Shown here piece after piece: positions 1 through 10,413 of a stretch of 64,000 nt of DNA. The position numbers and the translations under genes are program-made. Location: the sequence record MT446416.1. One strand, written 5' to 3'. This DNA is from Escherichia virus TH47. Under the pieces are notes generated by a model. That model was given only the letters and a program-made list of their open reading frames with translations. It was not told where the DNA came from and ran no database searches. Numbering within the stretch: position 1 is the first letter of the stretch; each line of letters starts with the position of its first letter.

Positions 1-123
1 ACTGAACTCGTCATATTGGAACATTCCACCAAAAGGTTTAGGACTTCTAAACTCCTTTGCAATGCGATGAATGTTAGATGCAAATTCTAAAACACCATCG
101 TAATCATATTCTGTTGTAATCAT
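1..123 (-). CDS. hypothetical protein, 3' end truncated by window edge
   Basis: ATG at 121-123 (minus) overlapping stop of upstream gene (ATGA); reading frame MITTEYDYDGVLEF... runs off window start. Confidence 0.3.
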   Translation of the reverse strand, partial: MITTEYDYDGVLEFASNIHRIAKEFRSPKPFGGMFQYDEFS

Positions 124-602
124 AGACCATTTTTCTCCATGTACTCAATGATTTCATCTACGAAGTTTAAATCCATATAGAATCTATCATCTGCGTTATT
201 GAGTTCATCTTTAAGTACTGTAAAAATTGTAGAACTAAACACGATTCTCTCATTGTACAAAGTACTGTACTGGAAGAATTCTTCTTCTGATCTAACATTA
301 AATGTGTCATATTCATATTCATCATCATTAAATCTAGGATGATAGTACTTAAAACTATCAGATGTATGGAAACAATATGAGATAAAATCCCCTGATGGTG
401 CATCGTCAAGTACACGAATACCACAGAAATTCTCATCTGTAGTATGCAACAAATTGCTATTCATTGACAAATAATTTTTGTACGCATAAAGTGTGCATCG
501 TGGGAGAATTATATTCTCTTTAACTGTTACAAAGAACTTATGAAGTTTAATGATATTTTGTGCGATTTTTTGTGCATTGCTAAATGATAGGTCTTTGGAC
601 AT
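120..602 (-). CDS. FamA paralog (C-terminal E-E-x-F-F-Q-x-S module), function unknown
   Basis: 160-aa ORF; motif SEEEFFQYSTLYNE near C-terminus. Confidence 0.6.
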   Translation of the reverse strand: MSKDLSFSNAQKIAQNIIKLHKFFVTVKENIILPRCTLYAYKNYLSMNSNLLHTTDENFCGIRVLDDAPSGDFISYCFHTSDSFKYYHPRFNDDEYEYDTFNVRSEEEFFQYSTLYNERIVFSSTIFTVLKDELNNADDRFYMDLNFVDEIIEYMEKNGL

Positions 603-661
603 AGTGATATAACCCTTTACAATTAATATAAAGAGATTATATCACAAAGATTTGGAGGGTG

Positions 662-1213
662 TCAAGAGTTCTCACGAAGTTCTACCATTTCTTTCCATAC
701 TAAATGGTAATCTTCTAAGTCCAGATAGAAGTCTTCATTTAAGTGCTCATATAAGTACTTGTACATGAATAGTACACCTAAATTGTATTCAGTAGTAAGC
801 AATGATTGTTGGAAGTAGTTTTCTGCATTTAGTTCTATATCCATGAACTCGAATCTACCTAGACCTTTTAATGTACGTATCTCAACATGTGAAGTATCTG
901 TTTTACTGAAGCACATAAATCCACCTCTAAATTCGGGATCATATTCACATTCATACTGTGCACTGTTATTATAGAAATCTCTATTACCATCCTTATCTTT
1001 TGGATTAACAACAGATACGTGAAGGTAGTCATCTTTGTACATTGTACGTTCGGGCGTTTTCACGCATTTTAACTTATTTTCTTTAATGTACTTGATAATA
1101 TCAATTATATCTTGTGCAGTACTGATTGCTGCCTCAAATGTATCCAACTTAAGATGATTGTATAGAGTTCCCTCGTTCTTTATTTTATCTAACATAAAAA
1201 CCTCATAGTTCAT
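662..1213 (-). CDS. FamA paralog, function unknown
   Basis: ORF 662-1252; motif AENYFQQSLL; start moved to internal ATG 1213 to avoid 50-nt overlap (alternative start 1252). Confidence 0.5.
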   Translation of the reverse strand: MNYEVFMLDKIKNEGTLYNHLKLDTFEAAISTAQDIIDIIKYIKENKLKCVKTPERTMYKDDYLHVSVVNPKDKDGNRDFYNNSAQYECEYDPEFRGGFMCFSKTDTSHVEIRTLKGLGRFEFMDIELNAENYFQQSLLTTEYNLGVLFMYKYLYEHLNEDFYLDLEDYHLVWKEMVELRENS

Positions 1214-1541
1214 ACATCTTTGATTTGAATTGCATTGTTCCACCAACTTCACATGGATAATTTTCCATAATACGATTCAAAAGTATCTGGTACTGTTGTA
1301 GTACTTCAATTTCCAAATGTATACTACTATCCAGTACTAATGACTCCTGGAACAATTCACCTGTATCTAAACATGAAAAATCATTTATAGTTAGCATTGG
1401 CTTATCATTGGTACGCAATGTAAATGATTCCTCATTTCGGATTAATGTACAGAATTCATTATGTTTTCTGTTATAATCCATTTTAACCAATAATAACTTG
1501 GTGTGAGTTGCGTACATTATTTTTACTAATTCAGTCTTCAT
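1203..1541 (-). CDS. FamA paralog, function unknown
   Basis: 112 aa; motif TGELFQESLVLD. Confidence 0.6.
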   Translation of the reverse strand: MKTELVKIMYATHTKLLLVKMDYNRKHNEFCTLIRNEESFTLRTNDKPMLTINDFSCLDTGELFQESLVLDSSIHLEIEVLQQYQILLNRIMENYPCEVGGTMQFKSKMYEL

Positions 1542-1890
1542 AACGGAATAAAATTCTCCTGTACTGCTCCGGCTTAGTACTCAATCTCTTCACCGGATAA
1601 TTGTCGAAGATCCTTTTCATTTCTTTCTGGATTAAACAAAGAAAATCAAAATTGCAATAGTATTTTTTATCCCATACTAAACTTTCTTGAAATAACTCAT
1701 CTTCTTGCATTAGCGTAGTATCAATTGTATCTTCACGTGTATTTGAGTACGCTTCATGACATTGAAAACCATCTTCTGATAATTCTAATGTATATGCCGC
1801 CATTTCAAACATATCATCATTTGTCTTTAACGAAAGTAAACAACAAACGTATTTTTTCGTTGTGTAGTACGTAATACTAATGGTATTCAT
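1531..1890 (-). CDS. FamA paralog, function unknown
   Basis: 119 aa; motif EDELFQESLVWD. Confidence 0.6.
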   Translation of the reverse strand: MNTISITYYTTKKYVCCLLSLKTNDDMFEMAAYTLELSEDGFQCHEAYSNTREDTIDTTLMQEDELFQESLVWDKKYYCNFDFLCLIQKEMKRIFDNYPVKRLSTKPEQYRRILFRYED

Positions 1891-1895
1891 GGCAT

Positions 1896-2498
1896 TTAAA
1901 CCTCAGTATAAAGCTTACAATAGCTTTCATCGAAATCAAAAATACTTCTCAAGAACTGACAAAGGTCAGTAAAAATATTTACATTTGCTATATACACATT
2001 ATCAAATTCTGTTCTTTCGAAGAATGTATGCATAGAATTTGTAATATATCTCATTGCAGATTCACGCTGCATTGTTATATCATTTGTGAACATTGCATCT
2101 TCATCAGTACTGACCAATTCAATATCAAATGATTTCATATATGGGATGGACCTCCCTAGTGCAAAACTATCACCATATGATGCTTCTACTGCACCTTTAG
2201 AATACACCAATTGATATAAGTCCGAAATAGGGTTATAAAAAGTACGACATATTGATGAACATAATTTATTATCTATCCAAAAGAAAACCCTATTTGAGTT
2301 TCTGTCAAATGCTATACGCAATCCATCACCATCTAACGATATATCACCATCGAGATAAAAAGAGAACTGAACTAATGCTTTTTCTAAGTCCATTCTTTTG
2401 TGATAAATGATTTCTTGCATATAGATAATATCATTTACTAATTTCTTAAAATACAAATGAACCTCAGTACTACAACATTTATTTGCATTTAATAACAT
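1896..2498 (-). CDS. hypothetical protein
   Basis: 200-aa ORF in same operon-like packing; no family motif recognised. Confidence 0.5.
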   Translation of the reverse strand: MLLNANKCCSTEVHLYFKKLVNDIIYMQEIIYHKRMDLEKALVQFSFYLDGDISLDGDGLRIAFDRNSNRVFFWIDNKLCSSICRTFYNPISDLYQLVYSKGAVEASYGDSFALGRSIPYMKSFDIELVSTDEDAMFTNDITMQRESAMRYITNSMHTFFERTEFDNVYIANVNIFTDLCQFLRSIFDFDESYCKLYTEV

Positions 2499-3043
2499 AG
2501 TAGATCCTTATACATTGCATGTATTCTTACAATGTCTCTGTAATAACTCATATCTTCACGATTATCATTAAAAACAGTAACACTGAATACAGCAGTACTA
2601 ATTGAACTATCAACAATGTACTCTTTTAATTTATTATAAAGATATATGCACTTGGCAGATGTATCATCCCACATAAGACTATTTTGAAAGATGTTTTCTT
2701 CTGTGTTAGGATATAAGTACTGCTCAATCTTGTACCCCAATGAACTATCACAGTTTTTATATACAGAAATAGATGGGACATTCATATTGCACATAATACT
2801 AATAACATTATCATTGTATGTAGAAATTAAACTGGTACTGGATGCTACACTTTCATCATAATTCAGTACTGAAATTCTTGCATTATCTGTGCAGTACAGA
2901 TGTTTCATTCCACCTCTCATAGCCATAGTAAGAAATTTATCAGTGAACCATATTCCTTTTGTTTTCAGTATAGTTTCATGCATAAGATAAGTTTCAATGA
3001 AGATTTTTACACGCTCAAATGCCAAGTCAAGTTCATTGTACAT
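2489..3043 (-). CDS. FamA paralog, function unknown
   Basis: motif EENIFQNSLMWDD; internal ATG 3041-3043 preceded by AAGGA chosen as start. Confidence 0.55.
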   Translation of the reverse strand: MYNELDLAFERVKIFIETYLMHETILKTKGIWFTDKFLTMAMRGGMKHLYCTDNARISVLNYDESVASSTSLISTYNDNVISIMCNMNVPSISVYKNCDSSLGYKIEQYLYPNTEENIFQNSLMWDDTSAKCIYLYNKLKEYIVDSSISTAVFSVTVFNDNREDMSYYRDIVRIHAMYKDLLCY

Positions 3044-3224
3044 AACGGATATCCTTCTGTAAAGAATCAATATATTCTTTAACAACTTGTTCCTGATACT
3101 GTGTGCCCAAATACATCAGTACTTTTAATTCTTTGAACTCAGTACTATATGAGTCGGTTTGCATCATTTTAGAAGAATATATATTGAATAGTTTAGCAAT
3201 ATCATCTTGGTCTATTATTTTCAT
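3033..3224 (-). CDS. FamB small protein (LGTxYQE family)
   Basis: 63 aa; motif MYLGTQYQEQ. Confidence 0.55.
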   Translation of the reverse strand: MKIIDQDDIAKLFNIYSSKMMQTDSYSTEFKELKVLMYLGTQYQEQVVKEYIDSLQKDIRYVQ

Positions 3225-3420
3225 ATATTCTCTTCTGGATTAGTTCCTGTAAGTGCTGAATATAACCCTTCATTGCAACATCCTGTTTGTTAGAGCCAAC
3301 GAAGAACAATAGCTTAAAGTCATGGTAATCCATTTTTGGTTTAGTAGTGAACCATATGTCCCACACTGCACTCACAGTTCTCATGTATTCAATTCGATTA
3401 AATGTTTTTGAATACTTCAT
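3202..3420 (-). CDS. FamB-like small protein
   Basis: 72 aa; degenerate motif FFVGSNKQDV, C-terminal YIQHLQELIQ. Confidence 0.45.
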   Translation of the reverse strand: MKYSKTFNRIEYMRTVSAVWDIWFTTKPKMDYHDFKLLFFVGSNKQDVAMKGYIQHLQELIQKRIYENNRPR

Positions 3421-3934
3421 CGATGTTCATCGCCAATAAGTTAATATACAAATTACTGTTAAATGCAATCTGCAATTCCATATAGAACTGAATGATAGCA
3501 TAGTCAGGGTCAGTACACGATAGTTGAAAACACTGTTCGTCAAATGCATTGTAATTGTACTTAGGGATGTGAATTTCACGCTTCAAATCAGGTTGACCCC
3601 ACTTCATCGCATACACACCAATGTTATTGTTCTTTTTCCTTTTCTTAAATGTTAATTGTTGAATATTTCCAGCGTTGTCTAGGAAAATAGTATTATTCGA
3701 CACAGGTGCACCAATAGAAAACAATGATGTATCAATGACGTGTTTCTCACGTATCTCACACTTCTGGAATGCACCATTCCCTTGTAACAGTTTATGGAAA
3801 TCGTACTTCTCACTAATAACTGTACTAGGAACAATTAATCCAGTACTGCATTTTTTCAGTACTGGTACGATAGTGCGAATCTTTTTTGATAAATCTTGTA
3901 ATGCATCATAATCATTAATGTTAATTTTTCTCAA
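3398..3934 (-). CDS. hypothetical protein
   Basis: 178-aa ORF, tight packing with neighbours. Confidence 0.5.
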   Translation of the reverse strand: MRKININDYDALQDLSKKIRTIVPVLKKCSTGLIVPSTVISEKYDFHKLLQGNGAFQKCEIREKHVIDTSLFSIGAPVSNNTIFLDNAGNIQQLTFKKRKKNNNIGVYAMKWGQPDLKREIHIPKYNYNAFDEQCFQLSCTDPDYAIIQFYMELQIAFNSNLYINLLAMNIDEVFKNI

Positions 3935-4377
3935 AAGGATGCCTCTTCTATAGTAACGAAATCAACTAACCTATCAAGTTTTTCAGTGTCTAGATAAAAT
4001 ATATCCAGTACTGACTTCTGATATAGTACACTAAATGTACATAGATTGTCAAGTGTTCCTTCATTATAAACAGTACTTCCCTGGAAGTACCCTTCTTCTG
4101 TACTCAGAGATAAAATATCAGAAATTTTAAAAGATTCTTCATACTCATGACGCTCTATCGTAACTTCATCATATTTTCTGTTCAATGAAATATAATCATA
4201 TGCTATCTCAATAGTACTACAATTATTGCCATCCGTATCAAATAAAGAATCAATTGTAATCTTCGTGCCATTAGAAACTTCTCTTAGTTCATCATCTACA
4301 TAATCAGGATAGTCCTTTAAGAACTGAACAACGCGTAGAATATCATTTGCTTTCTTGATTGCACTTTCGTAACTCAT
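3931..4377 (-). CDS. FamA paralog, function unknown
   Basis: motif EEGYFQGSTVYNE; ATGA overlap with neighbour. Confidence 0.6.
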   Translation of the reverse strand: MSYESAIKKANDILRVVQFLKDYPDYVDDELREVSNGTKITIDSLFDTDGNNCSTIEIAYDYISLNRKYDEVTIERHEYEESFKISDILSLSTEEGYFQGSTVYNEGTLDNLCTFSVLYQKSVLDIFYLDTEKLDRLVDFVTIEEASF

Positions 4378-4817
4378 TTTTTTCTGGACTCCATATATAT
4401 CACCTGATTTAGTTCATATACATAATTTAAATCAATGAATATAGAATTATTAAAGTTCTCTTTCAGAAATGCATTAAAAACTACTAAAGCTCTTAATGCA
4501 CTATTTGGGTATATAGTACTGTACTGGAAGTAAGCATCTTCTGAATTTAAGAATAGTACGTCTTCTTCGGTGAATTCAAAATATTTACCACTTTCATCGA
4601 TTGAATAGAAAGTTCCAGGATTCCATTCGAAGTACTTGAATTCCAAATCATAATCATGGGACTCGTACTTATATTCATTACCTAATCCTAGAATATCTGT
4701 ACCAACACTTATAGTACTAATATATGCCCCTTTGTCGTCTAAGTACTTTACATTATTTTGAAAGAACTTTACTATATTAACTAATTCCTCAGCGTGCTTA
4801 AGATCACTTTCGTACAT
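4374..4817 (-). CDS. FamA paralog, function unknown
   Basis: motif EDAYFQYSTIYP. Confidence 0.6.
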   Translation of the reverse strand: MYESDLKHAEELVNIVKFFQNNVKYLDDKGAYISTISVGTDILGLGNEYKYESHDYDLEFKYFEWNPGTFYSIDESGKYFEFTEEDVLFLNSEDAYFQYSTIYPNSALRALVVFNAFLKENFNNSIFIDLNYVYELNQVIYMESRKK

Positions 4818-5131
4818 TATATTTCAATCTCTATATATTCTTGGGTAATTAAGTAATCCCAGTAGTACTTCACTTGTTTTTGTATCTCAATTAAGGCATG
4901 AAAATTAATTCTCTTATCCCATATAAGTGATTCCTGAAAAAGAAATGTTTCATGATCATCTCTGTAATCACATTCAAGGAAGTCAGGAATATAATCACAA
5001 TCGTGAAGATATTCAATCATTAAAGATTCATTACATCTTCTAACGGCAAGGTGCTGGAAATTATCATGATCGAAGAAATACATTAAACTAATTATACCTG
5101 GAATGTACTGAATACTGTATAAGAATTTCAT
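4817..5131 (-). CDS. FamA paralog, function unknown
   Basis: motif ETFLFQESLIWD. Confidence 0.6.
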   Translation of the reverse strand: MKFLYSIQYIPGIISLMYFFDHDNFQHLAVRRCNESLMIEYLHDCDYIPDFLECDYRDDHETFLFQESLIWDKRINFHALIEIQKQVKYYWDYLITQEYIEIEI

Positions 5132-5571
5132 CGTTTACCCTTATATACTTCACATACATATTCATAATCCAAATAAAATCTTGTACTATCAATACTTTTA
5201 AAGTACCACATTATAACTAAAGTATCTAGTACTTCATCATCATACAAAGTACTATTCTGAAAGTAATACTCTTCACTATCCCACGGACCTTTCAGCACTT
5301 CAAAGTTCAATTTTAAAGGTCTGCTGCGATTATAAAAACGGATTTCACCACCATAAGCATAACTGATAAATTCTGCATCTGGATTGTATTGTGAAAAATC
5401 TGCGGGACTTTTGGAATTCAACCCAAGAATAACTGTAGTTGTAGCAAAATCACTATCCTTGTAGTAGTTACCATTCTCGGCTTTGTATACTTCTTCGAAC
5501 TTCCCAGCCTTGATATCTTCAATATATACCTGTAGTTCTTTTGCTTTATCCAGAGCACTTTGTAATGACAT
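5128..5571 (-). CDS. FamA paralog, function unknown
   Basis: N-term MSLQSALDKAKE shared with next two genes; motif EEYYFQNSTLYDD. Confidence 0.6.
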   Translation of the reverse strand: MSLQSALDKAKELQVYIEDIKAGKFEEVYKAENGNYYKDSDFATTTVILGLNSKSPADFSQYNPDAEFISYAYGGEIRFYNRSRPLKLNFEVLKGPWDSEEYYFQNSTLYDDEVLDTLVIMWYFKSIDSTRFYLDYEYVCEVYKGKR

Positions 5572-6037
5572 TATCTTCCCCTACAGTATTCTCTACGTAT
5601 TCATAATCGAAATAGAAACTACCAGAGCCAATACTTTTAAAGTACCACATAATTACAATAACATCTAATGCTTCTTCATTGTACACAGTACTTTGCTGGA
5701 AGTAATATTCTTCACTATCCCACGGGCCTTCCAGTACTGAATACGGAATGATTGTGTCATCATCATCGTAATCATGGCTGTAAATTATAATATCTTCATC
5801 GCTACAATAACTAATGTACTGATTGTACATATGATATTCACAGTCATCTGTATCACCCGTATCAGTGTGCAGTACTAACGTTTCTGCACATATCTCTGAC
5901 TCATCATAATCGTCACGATCTTTTACAAAAAATTCAGTATCAGATGTTTTATACACACCTGGAACTGAACCTTCTTGTACCATAATCATGTACTCATGAA
6001 TCTTCTTTGCTTCTTTCAATGCACTTTGTAACGACAT
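5546..6037 (-). CDS. FamA paralog, function unknown
   Basis: N-term MSLQSALKEAKK; motif EEYYFQQSTVYNEE; acidic insert. Confidence 0.6.
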   Translation of the reverse strand: MSLQSALKEAKKIHEYMIMVQEGSVPGVYKTSDTEFFVKDRDDYDESEICAETLVLHTDTGDTDDCEYHMYNQYISYCSDEDIIIYSHDYDDDDTIIPYSVLEGPWDSEEYYFQQSTVYNEEALDVIVIMWYFKSIGSGSFYFDYEYVENTVGEDNVITKCSG

Positions 6038-6480
6038 TACAAATCCCCTGTACTTAAATATTCACATGCTCCCCAGTCAAGAAAGAATGGATCGAAATTC
6101 AATTCCTTAAAGTACCACAACACAACCAAGGAATCAAGCATTTCTTGGTTAAAAATAAGACTCTGTTGGAAGTAATACTCTTCAGTACCCCACGGGCCGT
6201 CAAGTACCCCGAAGTCAATAGGTGTATTTGATGTGTCGAAAGTAATCTTAGTACCTGGAATATATACAAAAAAACTAGTATATTGACTACATGAAGAGTA
6301 CTGTATAGTATTGTCTTTATCATGGCCCATAAGTAAAATATCATCAGAGTATGTCTTTATACCTGATAGATAATACTCATTACCAAATGCACTTACTTTA
6401 TCACCATAGAAACCACTTTTTATGTTATCGTGGAAGTGATGTATTTTGTGGGCCAGTTTAAGTGCACTTGCTAAACTCAT
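6037..6480 (-). CDS. FamA paralog, function unknown
   Basis: N-term MSLASALKLAHK; motif EEYYFQQSLIFNQE. Confidence 0.6.
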   Translation of the reverse strand: MSLASALKLAHKIHHFHDNIKSGFYGDKVSAFGNEYYLSGIKTYSDDILLMGHDKDNTIQYSSCSQYTSFFVYIPGTKITFDTSNTPIDFGVLDGPWGTEEYYFQQSLIFNQEMLDSLVVLWYFKELNFDPFFLDWGACEYLSTGDL

Positions 6481-6947
6481 ATATCCTCTTTAATAACTCG
6501 TAGTAGATCCAAGTCCAGATAGAAGCTAGGACAATCGGTATTATTAAAGTACCACAGAATGACAAGCTTGTCAAGCACATATTCCTCGTAGATAGTATTC
6601 TGCTGGAAGTAGAACTCTTCACTTCCCCAGTCATTATCCAGTACTGAATACGGAAGATGTTTTTCTGCTGCACCAGTTATAATGTCAGTATATTGTATTA
6701 AAATATCAGCATCACGACAGAAGCACATGTAATTATCTTCCAGATTAACATCACACCCAGTGAGTGTTGTTTCAGAAGAATCTAAGTTTTCTTCGTACAT
6801 GTGAATGTACTCACTACTGTCATCGTATATCATTCGACAATAAGCTTTACCTTCCTTGAATAGATACCCATTGAGTCGATTGAGTACTATTTCCTTTTTA
6901 CATAAATCAATTAACTTAGCAATTTCTAATGCTCTTGCAAAACTCAT
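6477..6947 (-). CDS. FamA paralog, function unknown
   Basis: N-term MSFARALEIAKL; motif EEFYFQQNTIYEE. Confidence 0.6.
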   Translation of the reverse strand: MSFARALEIAKLIDLCKKEIVLNRLNGYLFKEGKAYCRMIYDDSSEYIHMYEENLDSSETTLTGCDVNLEDNYMCFCRDADILIQYTDIITGAAEKHLPYSVLDNDWGSEEFYFQQNTIYEEYVLDKLVILWYFNNTDCPSFYLDLDLLRVIKEDI

Positions 6948-6948
6948 A

Positions 6949-7134
6949 TCAACTCCTGTGTTGTGTCTTGATATAATCTCGGTACACCATGTGAATATTA
7001 GCTATATACAATTCACTAATATCATATGTACCGAAGTACATGTCATTCCTAATGCTGTTGTTATGTCTAATATCAATTACGAATCGTCGAAGTATTGTAT
7101 TCATGAATGATTCCATTTGTTCTTTTTTATTCAT
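6949..7134 (-). CDS. hypothetical small protein
   Basis: 61-aa ORF filling gap between FamA genes. Confidence 0.35.
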   Translation of the reverse strand: MNKKEQMESFMNTILRRFVIDIRHNNSIRNDMYFGTYDISELYIANIHMVYRDYIKTQHRS

Positions 7135-7475
7135 AGCTTAAAACAATACCTATCTTTGGAATCAGTCTCTATACAGATTCTTCTATATTCTTTCATCTTC
7201 TGTTGGAGTTCAATTACTTCCTCTAGTGTACACAAGTACTTCTTGTCAAATATTAATGACTCTTGAAATATTTCAGCCTCACCCTGTACTGTTGTATAGT
7301 CTTTCATATTTTCTACAACTGTTCCTTTGGTCTGATAATCAATGAAGCTAAAGTAAGAACCATTAAATTTAATGTACTGATCCATTTTGTGTTCATAATC
7401 ACCTTTGTTAAGATTGCAATACACTTCCAGTGAAGTACTAATCTTAGGTATAAACATAGAAAAATCAAATGTCAT
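7131..7475 (-). CDS. FamA paralog, function unknown
   Basis: motif AEIFQESLIFDKKYLCTLEEV. Confidence 0.6.
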   Translation of the reverse strand: MTFDFSMFIPKISTSLEVYCNLNKGDYEHKMDQYIKFNGSYFSFIDYQTKGTVVENMKDYTTVQGEAEIFQESLIFDKKYLCTLEEVIELQQKMKEYRRICIETDSKDRYCFKL

Positions 7476-7831
7476 TCTGGAATTCCTATATTGAATTTGT
7501 ATTCTTGATTAATACTGACATTGCCTTTATTCAAAGCAGCATACTCTTTTATTTCATTTTGTATAGCAATTACTTCTTCAAATGTACACAAGTACTTCTT
7601 ATCAAATACTAATGACTCCTGGAATAGTTCAGCGGCATCCAGTACTGTATAATCCGGCATATCCTGATGCGGATACTGTAATGAATTGTAATCAATGAAT
7701 GTAAATTTACCCTGAGTGTAATGAATGTACTCATTTGCACTGTGCATTAAATCACCTTTGTTTAAATTACAAAAGTACTGAAAACTGTTCTTAAAAGAAT
7801 GTACTGATATTACAAAATCAAATTCCATCAC
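7472..7831 (-). CDS. FamA paralog, function unknown
   Basis: motif AELFQESLVFDKKYLCTFEEV. Confidence 0.6.
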   Translation of the reverse strand: MMEFDFVISVHSFKNSFQYFCNLNKGDLMHSANEYIHYTQGKFTFIDYNSLQYPHQDMPDYTVLDAAELFQESLVFDKKYLCTFEEVIAIQNEIKEYAALNKGNVSINQEYKFNIGIPE

Positions 7832-8204
7832 TCTTCCCTAGATTGAAATGATTACTAAAATTAATTTCACCAGTTTTACACCATTTATCTATACATTCCC
7901 TGTGAATGCATTTAATTCTACGCTGGATTTCAACAATCTCTTCTAATGTACAGATGTACTTCTTGTCAAATACTAATGACTCCTGAAATAGTGCAGCATC
8001 ATCCATTAAGGTATAGTCCAGCATATCGGTTGCTTTACAACTAAATCCAGTGCCAAGATCCATTAAATAAAATTGTGAATTCCAGAACTTTATAACCTTG
8101 CCCCTTGTGTAGTTTAAATCACCTTTGTACAAATTACAACACGTAATCAACTCACCCGTGTACATCCATGTCCCTATACAAAATTCTTTATATTTTATTT
8201 CCAT
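7818..8204 (-). CDS. FamA paralog, function unknown
   Basis: motif AALFQESLVFDKKYICTLEEI; start placed at internal ATG 8202-8204 (MEIKYKEF); upstream extension looks non-coding. Confidence 0.5.
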   Translation of the reverse strand: MEIKYKEFCIGTWMYTGELITCCNLYKGDLNYTRGKVIKFWNSQFYLMDLGTGFSCKATDMLDYTLMDDAALFQESLVFDKKYICTLEEIVEIQRRIKCIHRECIDKWCKTGEINFSNHFNLGKSDGI

Positions 8205-8618
8205 AATAATCTCTACTGTAATTAATAAGGTAAACTCCAATATAAGGAGCACGTTCGCGGCGGGGTATTTTTTTTTGTTTAAGGAAACATGCCCTGTACT
8301 CTGAAAACACATTTTAAAACTTTATATTAAACATATACCTTAACATGTTTTTCAGCGAAAATTTTTTTACCCCCCCCTCCTGTGGCCTGTGAAAACGAAA
8401 CGTCTCTATTTATTCAGCCTAGAAAGCTTGATTTCTTCAATCCTTTTCATCGCACAAAGCCTTAGACTCGTCTTCTCGTATATATATTCAATACTCGTTG
8501 TACTGCATTATCTGTATTATCTGTAACTGCAATCTGAACCAAATATGTATCCTTCAAAATCGAATCCATCATGTATTCAAAACCTTTCACACTATAGCAA
8601 TACACCACTTCCGGCTCT

Positions 8619-8822
8619 TCAAACGTAATCATAATTCCAATCTCCTATCCCATCTAACCTTCTAATATATCTTGCGTAAATTATTTCGAAATATCTGTGC
8701 AACGAAATTACGGATTGCTCATAATCAGCATTCCTGTACATTGTGCATGTAAGAAAATCATTTAAACCGTAATCTAAACTGCACTCCAACTTCTCCTTTG
8801 CAACATCTCTAAAATTATTCAT
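8619..8822 (-). CDS. hypothetical small protein
   Basis: 67-aa ORF after a 300-bp intergenic region. Confidence 0.35.
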   Translation of the reverse strand: MNNFRDVAKEKLECSLDYGLNDFLTCTMYRNADYEQSVISLHRYFEIIYARYIRRLDGIGDWNYDYV

Positions 8823-8975
8823 AATATGTCCTCTGTACAGCGTAGGTGTACTGTGAACTCAGCACCGTTAATATGTAATTTATATTATAAGCACGATTTC
8901 CTCGTTGACTAGCATGACTGGAATAAAGAATATTGTCCACATATGCATCGAACTGTTCTTCAAATAGCTCTTTCA

Positions 8976-9530
8976 TCAGCACCCTTTAATAACTTTCGAA
9001 ATGTAATCTTCTAATACACCAATGTTCTTTGTATTCGTTCGAACTAAAAGATAATTTAAATCCTCGAACTCCTGTGCATAATGCTTAACAGCGTACATGC
9101 ATCGTATTTCAAAATCTGTATAGACCATTTTGTACTGAAATAACATCTCTTCTGAAGCCTCTAAAAGCTCCATAGCTTGTTCTGTATTAAACTTAAAGGG
9201 ATTCTGTACTGATGAACAAAAACACCTGTGTTCGTTCGTCAGTACACCCTGTGATAGATATAATCCTGTACTACCATCTTGTGTTGATACCGAATTAAAA
9301 CCATTACTTGAAACCATTAAATCTGAACTCAATACAAATAATAATTTATCTTCCTTATGAATTAATAAATCTGACTTCAGGGATTTTATTCCTGTACTGG
9401 TTATATCACCTATACTAAGATTGTCACTGAACTTCTCAGCGTTGTTCGCAATGCTCTGGACAAGATTTTTTAATCTCTTAATGGCACTTCTGTCTTTTTC
9501 TAATGTATCTAATAAACTCATTGAACTCAT
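8976..9530 (-). CDS. FamA-like protein
   Basis: motif SEEMLFQYKMVYTD; start at internal ATG 9528-9530 (MSSMSLLD). Confidence 0.5.
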   Translation of the reverse strand: MSSMSLLDTLEKDRSAIKRLKNLVQSIANNAEKFSDNLSIGDITSTGIKSLKSDLLIHKEDKLLFVLSSDLMVSSNGFNSVSTQDGSTGLYLSQGVLTNEHRCFCSSVQNPFKFNTEQAMELLEASEEMLFQYKMVYTDFEIRCMYAVKHYAQEFEDLNYLLVRTNTKNIGVLEDYISKVIKGC

Positions 9531-9540
9531 TGTACTTTCC

Positions 9541-9885
9541 TTACATATTTGTACCGAACAAAACGGAACTTTGAATGCCATTAATCGACACTTCATGTAC
9601 ATATATATTTTGTCTGAATACCTGAAGCAATTGAACTAAACTTTGTTGCATAATAATATGCATCGCTACATTATCAAAGGCCGTTTCGTATTGGAATCGT
9701 GCAGCTTCATCTTCTATGAAATTCGGAACTTGGACTGGATTCTCAAAATTTGTCCTTGTACTGAACTGCACATCATTGTCCTGTACCTTAATACCATATG
9801 CATTATCATTGTCATCAACTACATCAAATTCAATTAAACTACCATCACTTTTTATGTTTACCACACAAACCGAAAATCTACTCAT
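9541..9885 (-). CDS. FamA-like protein
   Basis: motif DEAARFQYETAFDN. Confidence 0.5.
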   Translation of the reverse strand: MSRFSVCVVNIKSDGSLIEFDVVDDNDNAYGIKVQDNDVQFSTRTNFENPVQVPNFIEDEAARFQYETAFDNVAMHIIMQQSLVQLLQVFRQNIYVHEVSINGIQSSVLFGTNM

Positions 9886-10397
9886 AATCCTATTTCCTTT
9901 AAATCTTCCAAAAATGTTTCATAATCACTTAAGGAAAAAAAGATATCCGTATCGATGTTCGCATCTAATACATTATACAAATTCTGCATCTGTAACACAT
10001 CAGGAGCATCAATCAAAGATTGCTGAAAATAGGCAGCTTCATCTTCCAATATATCTCTGAATGTTCTCTCTCGTACTCTGTGGTGTACTGAACCGAACAA
10101 TGTATTATCCTTGAGCATTGGTAGGTATCGGATGTACATGTGTTCTCTTAGCTCAGAACTGATGGAACCCCTGAACTGTAACACGTATTCGAAGCACATA
10201 GCCACATCTTGAAGATAATTAGCACTGTAATTATTGCTGTAAACAATCTTATGACTTCTGAACTCATCATCATTCCTGAACCAATTGTCACCTACTTTTG
10301 TGTACTTATGACTAAGCAATCCACCCTCTAACGCTTTGATGATCTTCAAAATGTTGTACCCATACTCATATGATGTATTGTACTTGTGCTGATACAT
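9882..10397 (-). CDS. FamA paralog, function unknown
   Basis: motif DEAAYFQQSLIDAPD; start at internal ATG 10395-10397 preceded by GAGG; track N-terminus is Cys-rich low complexity. Confidence 0.5.
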   Translation of the reverse strand: MYQHKYNTSYEYGYNILKIIKALEGGLLSHKYTKVGDNWFRNDDEFRSHKIVYSNNYSANYLQDVAMCFEYVLQFRGSISSELREHMYIRYLPMLKDNTLFGSVHHRVRERTFRDILEDEAAYFQQSLIDAPDVLQMQNLYNVLDANIDTDIFFSLSDYETFLEDLKEIGL

Positions 10398-10413
10398 ATG
10401 TGCCTCATCTACC

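Noticed and set aside
167-6673. Alternative-frame minus-strand ORFs 167-436, 6099-6344, 6458-6673 and 33959-34189
   Set aside because: Nested within or out of frame with FamA or neighbouring genes that carry the conserved motif; hydrophobic low-complexity translations.
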